From positions 70,680,001-70,744,000 of the forward strand of contig OX597825.1 in assembly GCA_951406725.2 (NCBI GenBank): DNA of 64,000 nt. Direction: 5' to 3'. Numbering within the stretch: position 1 is the first letter of the stretch; every line of letters starts with the position of its first letter. This document shows, in pieces, positions 1 through 13,407 of the stretch. The notes under the pieces were generated by a model. That model saw only the letters and a program-made list of their open reading frames with translations. It was not told where the DNA came from and ran no database searches. The position numbers and the translations under genes are program-made. Source of the DNA: Octopus vulgaris (taxonomy: Eukaryota).

Positions 1-220
1 CTGAAGAAAATTCTAACTGGGCCCCACCTGCACAGTCATGTGCTGTTTATCTTGATATGAGATCACCATGTTGCACATATATGGTTGTGTCGCATGTGCC
101 TGGTGTACCTTTATCAGACGGATAGTTATGACGGGCATACTGGGCTTCGTATATTTTACCCCAGTGTCACTTTGATGGCATGCACTGCTCTCTCACTCAG
201 TAATAATAATAATAATAATA
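1..220 (+). repeat. 3' part of ~550-bp (AAT)n-flanked interspersed repeat (family D)
   Basis: Same sequence at 27890-28080, 36070-36268, 52630-52830 and inverted at 37889-38090. Confidence 0.85.
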
Positions 221-587
221 AGATTAAAGTATAATAGAAAAAATAATAAAAGTGGATAAACAATGCAAGAATATTTTAAATATCAAAAATGACTCCCAAC
301 ACATCACACATTCTCAGATCAGACTAAGTGCAAACTAGAGAAAATATTAGAAAGTTATAAGGGACGAACAAGAAGAAAAGAAAAAAATTGAATTGTCAAG
401 TGATTGTTTTAAGAAGGGGGCAATTTTTGCTATTGTTAGAAGCTTGAAGCGAAACTTGAAAAATATTAATTTTTAATTAAGCCATTAATAAGCAATTGAT
501 TAGAAAAAGAAACCTTTAATCAAATCCATGCAATTAGCCCATGCTAGAAAATGAACAAGGATTCTAACCCATTTCCTGAACAGTTAT

Positions 588-628
<41 letters not shown>

Positions 629-1869
629 AGAGAGAGAGAGAGACAGAGAGAGTGTGTGCACATGGGTGCATAGACACACAACAAGGAAATATTCAATACA
701 AGGCATACAGATATAAAGTTTAATCGAAACTGCACTTCCCTTATCACAACTGAGACTGTATATAAATATATATATATATATATATATAAAATATATATTG
801 AGAGAGAGAGAGAGAGAGAGAGGACAAAGAGAGAGTGCACGTGCAAGAGAGAGAGAGAGAGAGAGACGTGCGAGAGAGAGAGAGAGAGAGACAAAGAGAG
901 TGTGTATGTGTAATATGTGTTGTTCTTCTAAGGCAGTCCCAAGCTGGTTCCAAGCCGGTTCCAAACCGGTCCCAAGCCTTGTTGAGAAAGGAGAATGGTA
1001 AGTACAGGGTGTAGCAGCCCTGCACTCTCAATATTCTACATTGCTACTGAGACACCAAGAGAAACAGATGAAACCGATCGTGATAAAGAGAAGTAATCCT
1101 CAGAAAACTGCGCATAAAACAGCATAGTAAAAACTAAAAGAAGGCTACAATGCGAAAGAGAGTCCTTCCCTAACCAGGGACAAGCACACAGCTGGGAACA
1201 TGGAACATAAGAATGATGGCTGAAACTGGAAAAGTAGCCCTGATTGGCACTGAGATGATACTCTACAAGCTCACACACAAACACACTCACACACGCACAG
1301 GCAGAAAGATAGACAGACAGAGGCCTCCAACATGTTTTAGAAGCACTGCATTCCTGAAAACAGTGTTCCATAATGCAAAACCTATTTACTTATCAGCTTC
1401 CATGTAAAATGGAAAGTCAATGAGACATAACTTAACCAGCTTAGAAAGGAAAAAGTCGATATAGCCTACACACACACACACACATACACACACATAAAAG
1501 GCAAGATGGTCATGGCTAGATTACCCATGTTCACAGGTCTTCTCAATTAAACATAAGTTGGAGTTAAACACAAACAACATCCACTGCAGGAGGATCACAC
1601 ACGACTGGTTTCTTTTCTCTTTTCTTTTCTTCATGAAAGATGAATGTCTGAAACACTGAACACCTTTATTTCCTCAATGCAGTGCAAAATGAATTCCATT
1701 GTGTTACTAATTACTCATTACAGCACAAAATTAATTTACATTGCATTAACTCTATTTTTGTTTGTGTTTTTGTTTTTGCAATACTCTCTGAAATCCCTAA
1801 AACAGCACGATCTACTTCATTATAAATATTCTCTCCACAAAAAGCTAAGTATATACATTTCTCTTGTCG

Positions 1870-2215
1870 TGACGCCATCTTGGAAATCTGCAGCACGCAT
1901 GCGCAGAGTTGGATTCTTCCGGGAGGCCTGCCAGAAGTTCCCTCATGCGCATGTGCAGAAAACTAGCAGCAGCAAAATTTCCCTTGTATCGTTTTCTCGA
2001 TCACCGGCAGCTGAACAGGACAGTCGTGTTTTATCAGCTCTCTCACGCTGCTACCTCATGGCGTATCTCCGCTATGCTTGAACGGACAGGATTTGGCTCA
2101 CTCCACTTGACCACTGCGATAAGCTCCTAGGCTGCCAATTTGCCCAGAAAGAAGAAATGTATATATTGCGAATCAAGGAATAAATATTTATACTGTTGAA
2201 GTTTATCGGAAGTCT
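1870..2215 (-). promoter_or_regulatory. Candidate intronic promoter / CpG-enriched island
   Basis: Unique GC-richer sequence with YY1-type CAAGATGGCG (1873-1882, minus), NRF1-like CGCATGCGCA and TGCGCATGTGCA (1894-1905, 1946-1957), and ETS cores CCGGAAG (1916-1922, minus) and CGGAAGT (2207-2213). Confidence 0.5.
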
Positions 2216-2575
2216 TGACTCTTTCTTTGATTAATATTTTTAATGTTAAGGATGCGAGCTGCACCCATCCAGTGCGGGGACCTCTCATCCTGTTACACTC
2301 TCATTATACAAAAGACATATGCTGGAAATAAAGGATCTTTTTGAAAACTATGAAGTCCAAATAAAGAAAAAGAAAAATTTTCAAATGTCGCTCTGAAGAT
2401 ATTTAGGCCAAATTTCACTAATTCACTTCTTCAGAATCAAGATATTTGTAAATTATTCTCCCATGGAAAAGCCACAGCATGAAACATCAGCTCTTTTCCA
2501 CTCCTTACAGCAACCAAACTGGCTCACAAATAGGAAACACTCCAAGAGTTACAATTAATGAAATAATAATAATAA

Positions 2576-2956
2576 TCTATATATATAAAGCTGAAGTTGT
2601 CTGTGTGTGGCAGGTTTGGTAGCCTTTAACTAACACTATCTCCTCTGAGACACTGCGGCACAAGTTGACCAAAATTGAGAGTATGAAAGAAGAAGGCTTG
2701 CTCTTCATTCTGTAGAAGAAAAAATTCAAATTGGACCAAATTAACACCAAAAGTTATTTACATCAAAAAGGTGGTTTTTTTCTATGAAAATCCCTATTTT
2801 TTATGATTTTTTTACTGCTGTGTCACCATTTTTCGGTGTATTTCAACCAGAAAAATCTTCACTTAACAAGCTACATAATGCAAAATTTTTACTTTCCAAA
2901 AATTCCAATTCTAAAGGGTTGAAACAAACCCGAGCAACGCTGGGCGATACTGCTAG
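2576..2956 (+). mobile_element. Non-autonomous Helitron
   Basis: A|TC start (TCTATATATATAAAGCTGAA), subterminal hairpin CCCGAGC-AAC-GCTGGG, CTAG|T end, no TSD. Confidence 0.82.
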
Positions 2957-2957
2957 T

Positions 2958-3011
<54 letters not shown>

Positions 3012-3175
3012 GAAATGAAGAAAATGCTGACAAAATAATTTAAGTTAAATACACTCTCCCTTACTTAAATTATTTTGTCAGCATTTTCTTCATTTCCTTT
3101 TTTTATATATCACAACTCGTGTTCCACATCTCCTTTTTTAAATATATATATATATAATAGTGGTTTTGTCTCTAA

Positions 3176-3236
<61 letters not shown>

Positions 3237-4947
3237 GAGTCTAATGAAACTAGTAAAGATTTTCAATGGTAAAATTTAATCAAGTTCATAAATCTGCACA
3301 AGTCTGAAAAGCCATGGAGGGGTGAGGAAGACAAGAATCCTAATATTTTGAGAAATATATTCATTGCAGAGAGGGAAAAATTAATGTCTCTGATGTAATG
3401 CTTTGGCCCAAATCTCAGGGTTTTCTTCTTCCCGTACATTTTAAACTTATCCAAATTCAGGATCTTTCCTTTCATATGCACACATACACATATTCACGGG
3501 TAATATGCACTCAATATATATATAAAGTGCATTCATGGTTATAGATACTAAAATCATGGAAAAATATTTTGTATGTAATTTATACAAAATTTTCTTTTGA
3601 GTTACGATATATGAAAAAAGAGGATGTTTAGTCTAATTTATTAGAATTGCTGTATAAAATACATAAAAAAACGTTCATCCGTCCTAAACCGAACAAAAAG
3701 CAAAATTTGAACAGATGTAGGATAAAAAGTATACCTGCTGTAAAATCAACTCTCTGGACATTTCACCATGGTTTGTCATGATAAAAGTATGTAATATTAA
3801 CAGACATGGTAATTATTTCAATAATTAAGAAGTTCTAATGCACCCACCCAACTCTATCTTAGCATAACATATTAATCCCAGGGTGTTTGTAAGGATGACT
3901 AATATGTGACTGAAAATTTAACAAAGTAAGTTTCAAGGACAGAGACTATGTGCAATTTCCGTTTTCTTGCACTGGTATAAAAATCAGGAATTTCTAAAAG
4001 TAACGGAGCAGGTGCTGAATATGACCCGTTGTGTATGACTGGTATTTAATTTATGAAATTCCCAGGAGGTTAACAGCAAATTCAATCTTAGTGGGAATTA
4101 AGCCCAGAATATAAAGGAATGGCACTAAACACTGCTGATCATTTGGTCTGCCACTCCACCACCTTCATACACACACACATACACACACACATACACACAC
4201 ACATACACACGCATGCACGCAAATACTCTGATTGGCATAAATCAAATTCTTTAATCTATTTTTAATTTTCATAAATTTCAATACATTTAATTAAATCTCA
4301 ATTACATTTTGTTTCTTTTTTTTATATTTTTTATCTTTACTTTGGTAAAATTTTTAACCAAAATTTCTTACATTCATTTTACCTCGTTAACAAACAAACA
4401 GCTGTAATTTTTTTTTTTTTTTGTAACAAGTATGAAATATCCAAATTAAATTCAAGCATTATTAGAACAGAGGAAAAAAGTGAAAAAATCTGCATGTGCA
4501 AAGAGCAATTATGACAACAACATCAACATGAACATCAACAATAACAACAACAACAATAATAATATCAGCAGCAGTGCTTTCACATGCATAAATAATACAA
4601 CAACAACAACAGCGTGACAACAAACTGGTCAGCCAATGTAGTCTTCTTGAAGCAGAGATGTAATCCATTTGATAACATACCAGAGTACACTGGTGGAAGA
4701 ATTCATACTATTGCTCCTCGGAAAAACCCCATGGAAAATACCCCACCAAACCAAAGATAGCATTTAACACAAGTACAATTAAAGACCAATTGAGAATTCT
4801 AATTCTAATCAGTGACTGTCTTCTCTAAACATATGACATGATGGTCATGTTAAAATTTGGAAGTTAACACCCTCAGTGAGAACTATTATAAACTAGATAT
4901 TCCTTCTTGTTTTAAAAATATATCAGGCACCCTACCCTGTTAATTGT

Positions 4948-5435
4948 GGAGGCATGTGGCATAGTGGTTAGGGTATTGGACTCATGATTGTAAGGTTGTG
5001 GTTTCCATTCCTGGATTAGGCAATGCATTGTGTTCTTGAGCAAAACATTTCATTCATGTTGCTTCAGTCCACTCAGCTGGCAAAAATGAGGAAACCTGTG
5101 ACAGACCGGCATCCCATCGAAGTGGGGAATTTATATGCCATGAAACTGGGAGACAGGCCCTTATGAATCAGTGTGACTCAAGAAAAGTGGAGTCACGTGG
5201 CATAGTGGTTAGAGTGTTGGACTCATGATTGTAAGATTGTGGTTTCGATTTCTGGACCGGGCAACGCTTTGTATTCCTGAGCAAAACACTTTGTTTTACA
5301 TTGCTCTTGTCCACTCAGCTGACAGAAATGAGTAATCTTGTGATGGACCAGTGTCCTGTCCAAGTGGCGAATTTATATGTCATGGTAACCAGGAAACTGG
5401 CCCTTATGAGTCAGCATACCTCAAGAAGGTAACCT
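4948..5435 (+). mobile_element. Two tandem degenerate tRNA-derived SINEs (family C)
   Basis: Two heads TGGCATAGTGGTTAG...GGTTTCGATT, each followed by TTGAGCAAAACACTT. Confidence 0.7.
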
Positions 5436-7034
5436 TTACCTACTCTGCTGATGGAACTCAAAGATACATTGATGATGGAATTGTAGCTGGAGTATCTTTA
5501 ATTACAGGTTCGTTTGTTCAGTGAAAGCACACTAGACTAAGCAACCACCACCTTCATAAATTTGCCAGAAGTTGTGTGTAGTTGTCAATTAAATTGGCCC
5601 ACATACATCACTGGTATTAAATTATAAAACACATTTGATCAAGTTCTAATGAATTAATGGCACAGTCTACTGTGGTAGATATAATCTAATACTCTTTACT
5701 CTTTTACTTGTTTCAGTCATTTGACTGCGGCCATGCTGGAGCACCGCCTTTAATCGAGCAGCTCGACCCCGGGACTTATTCTTTTGTAAGCCCAGTACTT
5801 ATTCTATCGGTCTCTTTTGCCAAACCGCTAAGTAATGTCAATGGAACAATCAAAATACTTTCAAGTATCACATTTGACACTCAGCCCTCTCTGCCATTTG
5901 ATCAATTCCCTTCACTTTCCCTTACAAACATTAACTAACCACCAAACAGTTAGTAAACTGGTTTATTGGCCTGTTATGTCTATGCTCCACCACAAGAACC
6001 AATCCTAGTTGCAGTATGGTGGATAATAGTGCCTCAATGGCCCAGAGAGCTATTCCAGTGGAGTGCAAGATCTTGGTAAGGTCTCCCATACTGGACAGGT
6101 CAGAGGATAGAGGCTGGACTAATATAGACCACCTCTTCCCAAAGGTAAAAATAGGTTTTTATGGGATCAATGTCCTTACCTAGAAAAAAGGTAAAGTTAG
6201 TGAAGGATCAATGACAATTCAAAAATCAACAAGGGTCGAAGAGAGGAAGCAGAAAAGACAGTCCAGAGTTAAGAATTGTAGAGAAAGGTTGTTGATGGTT
6301 TATGCTCCAAGAGGAGCGAAGGGCTAAAGCAGGTAAAAGAAGAAATAATCGATCTCTTCAAGGATATACATACCAGAACCTTTTTCAATATTACAGAGAG
6401 AAAAGGATAGCAGGCATGGCTGATGGCAGGCATGGCTAGTCCCAGTCAAGATGGGCTGTAGAGGAAACCCAATTGAGTTGGTATGGAGAAAGCTCATAGC
6501 CATTGGAAGAACAGGAAGGGAGAGAAAATCTGCAGGATGATGGGTGGAACAGCAGTAAAAAAGTTTCTTGGAGCAAGAAAGAGAAATGAAGCTGAAAGCC
6601 AGGAGAAGATGGCTAGCGATTCGGCTACCACTGCTGACCTGCTCACAAGAGGGTGTCATAGTTCAAGGCTAAAACAGCCAACAAATACTGAACACCAACT
6701 GATTTCATCAAATCCTTCCGGCCAAGGTGACATCTATCCAAGGTGAATGAAGAGGAAGCATCTTCTTTTAGATGTAATTATTCTCCTGTTAAACAATAAG
6801 CTTCACCTTTGTTCTTTTTATAACTCACAAAAATAGTTCTATTTTCTTGAAGGATTTTGTTTCCAAATGATAATCTTTATTTCTAGAAATTATCTCCCAA
6901 CAGTGGGTTATAATTTTATCTGATTGTTTTATATATATATATTTTCCTTATTAAAAGTTAATCCTATTTATCTATGTATCTAACTATCTATCTATCTACA
7001 TATATATATACATACATATGTATACATGTCTTTC

Positions 7035-7069
<35 letters not shown>

Positions 7070-7337
7070 ATGTATACACACACACATTATATATAATATA
7101 TACATATGCATATATATAATATATACATATATACATATGCATATATATAATGATTGCAGTATGGAAAACAAGTATTAGTAATACAAAAGCACACAAAGAG
7201 TGTTAACTTCACTTAAACATTTATTATTTGGTGCAGTAAAACTTCTGTCACCAATTAATAATGTTTAAGTGAAGTTAACAGCCTTTGCGTGTTTTTGAAT
7301 GACTGATATGTGTCTAGCAATAGTTTCTGTTTCAAAT

Positions 7338-7585
7338 CGCCTGCCTGATGATGAGCCACATCACATGGCCTGCATAATGATGAGCTACATGCAGCATGCA
7401 GAATGATGAGCCTCATGTGGCCTGTCGGATAATGTGGCCTGATGATGAGTTTCATGTGGCCAGTCTGATGATGTATCTCATGTGGCTTGCTTGATAATGA
7501 ACCACATGTGGCTTACCTGATGATGAGCCTCTTGTGGCCTGCCTGATGATGAGCCTCATGTGGCCTGTCTGATGATGAACCATGA
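7338..7585. repeat. ~26-bp minisatellite (GCCTGCCTGATGATGAGCCTCATGTG)
   Basis: About 9 degenerate tandem units. Confidence 0.8.
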
Positions 7586-8208
7586 CACATGCTTCTCATA
7601 ACAGGTTACTCATACCTGATATAAATTAACAGATATGGCAGGCAGATGATAATATGAGGGACCCACCTAAATAGGAAATCAGTCAGCTAGAAATAGCAAC
7701 CAAATAGCCCTCAAATCATACTGCCTGCAAACAAAAGTAAAAAAAAAGGAGGGATATATTAGAAAATGTAATCCTCCAATGACAAACATAAAGAGACAGG
7801 ATGGTCATGGTTGGAACACCATTTATCACAGGCTTGTGGCTTAATCAAGGCTGATCTACGTCAAAACAACAACTAACATACAGGTATATAAAATGTTACT
7901 TTGTTGAAAAAAAAAGATAATTTCTCAGTATTCATATATTCATGAATAAAGACTGAAATTGCTTACATACTAAACTTCCCAGACGAGACTAATTTCCCTC
8001 ACCACAGTCATTAAAATTTAAAGAAATACTAAAATTTTAAAACAAAATATTTTCCACTATTATCACTTGCAAAGATGAGATTTTTTTTTCCCCCCATCTT
8101 CTGAAAATTCAGATAGAAATTTCTCTAATATTTGCCTGTGTCTAAGTAAATATCTAAGGAAACCTTACTATAAACTGAAAGTATTTACAAATAATACTAA
8201 CGATAATA

Positions 8209-8247
<39 letters not shown>

Positions 8248-8355
8248 TTATCAAAATTAAAAGAAGAGTGCCATCGTCATCTAGTGAACGATATTTTGAA
8301 ATCTTTTAATTTTGACTCTATATCTTCTGGAAGAGTTACCTCAATCTTTTATATA

Positions 8356-8449
<94 letters not shown>

Positions 8450-8863
8450 GAATAAATAAATAAATAACTAAATAAATACAAGTATGAAATTCCTATAGTG
8501 ATGATTCGGTATTTTCTTGGTGGTAACCTCAAATGGCTGATGACTAATGCTTCCCACTATTCACTCCCAGCGCCTCCCCCACCCGCACTAATCTCTCTCT
8601 CTCTCTCCCTCGACGGCTTCCAGTGTACTCTGTGATACCGGTTTGTCAACTGTCGCTCTGAAGTTGTGTGACGGTCACTCGAGACAGATGTCAACAAACC
8701 GACGTGACACCAGGAAGGTGTCAGCGTTGTCGTCGTCGCAAATTGGAATACAGTGTGCATCAAGAAGAGCAGTAGCAGTGGCAGCATTATTATCTGAACT
8801 TGCCTGTGTGTAGGGGGGGTTCTGATCATACCGGGTGCAAGACGGGGCAGGGGAGAAGTCTAC

Positions 8864-8977
8864 CTGATGTTCGCTGTTGTGGCGTTTGGCAAGGAGAGCA
8901 TGGTTGACCTTCAGTACGATCCAGTCAAAGAGCACACCATATAAACATTTAGCAAGTGCGTCTCTGGTAGCGATTGC
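8864..8977 (-). CDS. MYO9: Myosin IX motor exon G: AIATRDALAKCLYGVLFDWIVLKVNHALLAKRHNSEHQ
   Basis: Acceptor ttctgtttcccag, donor gtagac; 114 nt, phase 0 to 0; helix O motif RDALAK.LY..LFDWIV..VNHALL. Confidence 0.94.
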
Positions 8978-9017
8978 CTGGGAAACAGAAAAAAAAGAAA
9001 TACAATTACACACGAAT

Positions 9018-9060
<43 letters not shown>

Positions 9061-9151
9061 TAAATAATAATAAAATAAATAATAATAATAATAAATAATA
9101 ATAATAATAAATAATAATAATAAATAATAATAATAATAAATAATAATAATA

Positions 9152-9209
<58 letters not shown>

Positions 9210-9584
9210 GGCGCAGGAGTGGCTGTGTGGTAAGTAATTGCTAACCAAGCACACGGTTGCGGGTTCAGTCCCACTGCGTGGCATCTTGGGCAAGTGTCTT
9301 CTGCTATAGCCCCGGGCCGACCAATGCCTTGTGAGTGGATTTGGTAGACGGAAACTGAAAGAAGCCTGTCGTATATATATATATATATATGTATATGTGT
9401 GTGTGTTTGTGTGTCTGTGTTTGTCCCCCTAGCATTGCTTGACAACCGATGCCGGTGTGTTTACGTCCCCGTCACTTAGCGGTTCGGCAAAAAGAGACCG
9501 ATAGAATAAGTACTAAAAGGTGGTGCTCCAGCATGGCCGCAGTCAAATGACTGAAACAAGTAAAAGAGTAAAAGAGTAAAGAGT
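9210..9584 (+). mobile_element. tRNA-derived SINE (family A) embedded in (AAT)n
   Basis: GGAGTGGCTGTGTGGTAAG and GGGTTCAGTCCC A/B-box head, CTTGGGCAAGT core, (AAAAGAGT)n tail; many other copies in the window. Confidence 0.88.
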
Positions 9585-9604
9585 AATAATAATAATAATA
9601 ATAG

Positions 9605-9654
<50 letters not shown>

Positions 9655-10014
9655 CATTTAACATCCACTTTCCATGCTAGCATGGGTTGGACGAATGACT
9701 GAGGGCTGGTACAGCCATCTGGTTCGCCAGCCCTAATAATAATAATAATAATAATAATAATGATAATAATAATAATAATATGATAATCTTTTCTACTATA
9801 GGCACAAGGCCTGAAATTTTTTGGGGAAGGGGATTAGTCAATTACATCAACCCCAGTGTTTCACTGGTACCTAATTCAACTAAAACCATTCAAAGCAGTG
9901 CTCCAGCATGGCTGCAGTCATATGACTGGAACAAATAAAAGAATAAAAGAATATGAAACAGCAACAATTGTAGAATAGGGAAATAAAAACTCTATACATT
10001 TGCCTTATAATATG

Positions 10015-10434
10015 CATGCATGCATGTATGTATGTGTGTGTATGTGTGTGTATGTATGTATGTGTATGTATGTATGTGTGTATGTATGTATGTATGTGTG
10101 TATGTATGTATGTATGTATGTATGTATGTGTGTGTGTGTGTATGTATGTATGTGTGTGTGTATATGTATGTATGTGTGTGTGTATGTATGTATGTGTGTG
10201 TGTATGTATGTGTGTATGTATGTATGTATGTGTGTATGTATGTATGTGTGTGTGTATGTATGTATGTGTGTGTGTGTGTGTATGTATATATGTGTGTATG
10301 TATGCATGTATGTGTGTGTATGTATGTATGCATGTATGTATGTGTGTATGTATGTATGTGTGTGTATGCATGTATGAGTGTGTGTATGTGTGTATGAGTG
10401 TGTGTGTGTATGTATGTATGTATGTATGTGTGTA

Positions 10435-10465
<31 letters not shown>

Positions 10466-10510
10466 ATGAATGAATGTATGTAAGCATGCATGCATGTATA
10501 TATATATATA
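10015..10510. repeat. (TATG)n/(TG)n compound microsatellite
   Basis: Direct reading; source of the spurious HT/CV ORFs. Confidence 0.95.
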
Positions 10511-11181
10511 TTAGGGATATTTTTAGACTTCTACATATTCACGTGCAAAAAACATGGAAGGTATTTCTATTTTAGTGTAAGTAAACTGAAATTGTACACG
10601 AAAGGAGATTCTGTCCAGTGGTATATTATCAACCAGACTGTGAAATTAGAAAATTGTCTGGTTCTTGAAACACGTGTAACCAACAACAGCAGTGTGGTTG
10701 GTTGTAATTAATACCTTTCATCAACAGCATTGCACCTTTTCTTATTTTAAATAACTCTGAAGAATCTTTGGAAAAGACACATTACAGAACCAGTGACAAG
10801 TCATGAATTGTTGACCTAGGTGACTGGTGGGTCAACATCCATCCTACCAACTTGTTCCGCTACAAGTCATACAGTTGATCTTCCTGCAAGTAATGGTTTA
10901 GTCACAGAGGGTAGGGTAGTGCTCATAAGCTTTTGCAGGAATTCTGAGACTAAAGAAAGAGAAGAAGAAATTCCAAACTGAAGAACTGATCTGAATGCTT
11001 GCAACGGAATGGATTTCAACAGAGTGGATTTCACCCACTAAAGGTAACCAGGAGCCAGGTAATGACATTAAACCAATAGATTAGGTATATTTCTTTCGTG
11101 GACTCCACTAAAGAGGTACCCAAAGCCCAGGCGGTGGTGTTAAACAGGACAACAGACAAAGAGCAGATATACCCCATTTAA

Positions 11182-11413
11182 GGCGGCGAGCTGGCAGAAA
11201 CGTTAGCACGCCGGGCGAAATGCTTAGCGGTATTTCGTCTGCGTTATGTTGTGAGTTCAAATTCCGCCGTGGTCGACTTTGCCTTTCATCATTTCGGGGT
11301 CGATAAATTAAGTACCAGTTACGCACTGGGGTCGATGTAATCGACTTAATACCTATGTCTGTCTTTGTTTGTCCCCTCTGTGTTTAGCCCCTTGTGGGTA
11401 ATAAAGAAATAGG
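11182..11413 (+). mobile_element. tRNA-derived SINE (family B) with 14-bp TSD
   Basis: GGCGGCGAGCTGGCAG head and GAGTTCAAATTCC B box; TSD TATACCCCATTTAA at 11168-11181 and 11414-11427. Confidence 0.92.
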
Positions 11414-12117
11414 TATACCCCATTTAAAGGGCATTTGTACAGTTTGTGTCTGCCAAATTTCAGTCATGTAATTTGGACTAAATCAGAATTGTAGTTGAAG
11501 ACAATCATCTAGGTACTGCACAGTGAGATTGAACCCAGAACAACATCACTGCAAAGGAAGCTTCTTAACCATGTGGCCACGACAGTAAAAGTTATTCACT
11601 ACAAAAGAAACAATAATAATGGCATGGCAATAATAGAAATTTCTTCCTTAAAGAATGAAGTCTTTGATTTATTTCAGGAGGGGGTGTGGTGGAGTGAGGA
11701 GGGGGAATTAGAAGATAATGGTAACCAAAAGAGACAATGGCAAGCTTTTATACTGAAAACAAGCTGAATATTTTCAAGTGCCAACCATTACAATGGCTGC
11801 TGTTGATGTAAGTCTAGCTATGACTGCTGCTGCTGTTCTTCTTCTTCTTACTGTTGTTCTCATGGCTGTTGTTTCATTTCCTACCCCACCCTCCCGTTAT
11901 TTCTAACAACTTCATCTGAAATCTTTAAGACAAAAGCAACAGCCATAAAATATTTCCATATTTCACACATGCATGCTTGATTGTGTGGATACAGAATTCA
12001 TTTTGGTAACCACATGGTCCATGAATTCTACCTCACTGTGTGGTGGTACCCAAAACAAGCGTCTCCAACCACATGTAGCCCTTTGGTGGACTACTTCTTT
12101 GAGAATAACAACAAGAG

Positions 12118-12275
12118 AAAGAAGAATAAGAAGAAGAAGGAGGAGGAGAAGAAGAAGAAGAAGGAGAAGGAGAAGAAGAAGGAGAAGAAGAAGAAGAAGA
12201 AGAAGAAGAAGAAGGAGAAGAAGGAGAAGAAGAAGAAGAAGAAGAAGACGATGACGATGACGATGATGATGACGA
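12118..12275. repeat. (GAA/GGA)n then (GAT/GAC)n microsatellite
   Basis: Direct reading. Confidence 0.92.
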
Positions 12276-12734
12276 CAACAGCTACGATGCCGCCATTACA
12301 ACAACCACTGCTAACATCATTGATTTTTATGCCTATTTTTCCGTGCTTGTATGGGTTGGATAGACCTTAATGATGCACATTTTTTATGGCTGGATGCCCT
12401 TCCAGTCACCAACACTTAGTTGTTCCCAAGCAAAGTAATATTTTCCCATAGCTAGACAACACAAAGCACAGAGATGTAGAACAAGATACTGTAAGGTTAT
12501 GTCAACCAACTTTCTAATAATTCCACCAATCACCTTCATTCAACAGGCCCATTACTCATCAGTCTCAGAAGGATGAAAGGCAAAGTAGACCTCAGCAAGA
12601 TTTGAACTCAGAGCACGGAAAACCAGAGCAAACACTGCAAGATGTTCTACCGGATGCTCCAATGACTCACCCTCACTGTAATTTTATTGCACTTTAATTG
12701 CATTCTAACTGCACTCTACTGTGCACTATCATTA

Positions 12735-13335
12735 TGCACTTATGTACTTTCACTGCATCGATGATGCACTTTCACTGCACTCCAGATGCACTTATGTACT
12801 TTCACTGCACTCATGATGCACTTACCATGTACTTTCACTGCACTCCTGATGCACTTATGTACTTTCATTACACTCCTGATGCATTTATGTACTTTCACTG
12901 CACTGCGGATGCACTTATCATGTACTTTCACTGCACTCCTGATGCACTTATGTACATTCATTGCACTCCTGATGCACTTATCATGTACATTCATTGCACT
13001 CCTGATGCACTTATCATGTACATTCATTGCACTCCTGATGCACTTATGTACTTTCACTGCACTCCTGATGCACTTATCATGTACATTCATTGCACTCCTG
13101 ATGCACTTATCATGTACTGTCAATACACTCCTGATGCACTTATCATGTACTTTCATTGCACTCCTGATGCACTTATGTACCTTCACTGCACTCCTGGTGC
13201 GCTTATGTACTTTCACTGCACTCCTGGTGCACTTATCATGTACTTTCACTGCACTCCTGGTGCACATATGTACTTTCACTGCACCCCTGATGCACTTATC
13301 ATGTACTTTCACTGCACTCCTGGTGCACTTACTCT
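12735..13335. repeat. 27/30-bp minisatellite (CACTGCACTCCTGATGCACTTAT[CAT]GTACTTT), about 20 units
   Basis: Tandem units visible; unit lengths divisible by 3 explain the open frames on both strands. Confidence 0.93.
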
Positions 13336-13407
13336 GTATTCTCATACACTTTTCATTTTCACTGTCATTGTGCACTCTCATTGCACTTTCTGGAGAATTA
13401 TACTTAC

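Noticed and set aside
7338-7585. Repeated CTGATGA suggesting tandem hammerheads or C/D boxes
   Set aside because: No GAAA or stem II partner and no snoRNA terminal stem; simple minisatellite
8280-8345. GGTAACTCT (Gly-Asn-Ser) as the start of the expected switch II exon
   Set aside because: Not followed by IGVLDIFGFE; that exon was not found in the window
8978-9445. N-terminal part of the 256-aa ORF 8675-9445
   Set aside because: Antisense SINE plus (ATT)n; only 8864-8977 is supported as myosin exon
9880-10495. HT/YI/CV-rich ORFs here and at 16.6, 20, 49.2 and 51 kb
   Set aside because: Di- and tetranucleotide microsatellites that lack stops by composition
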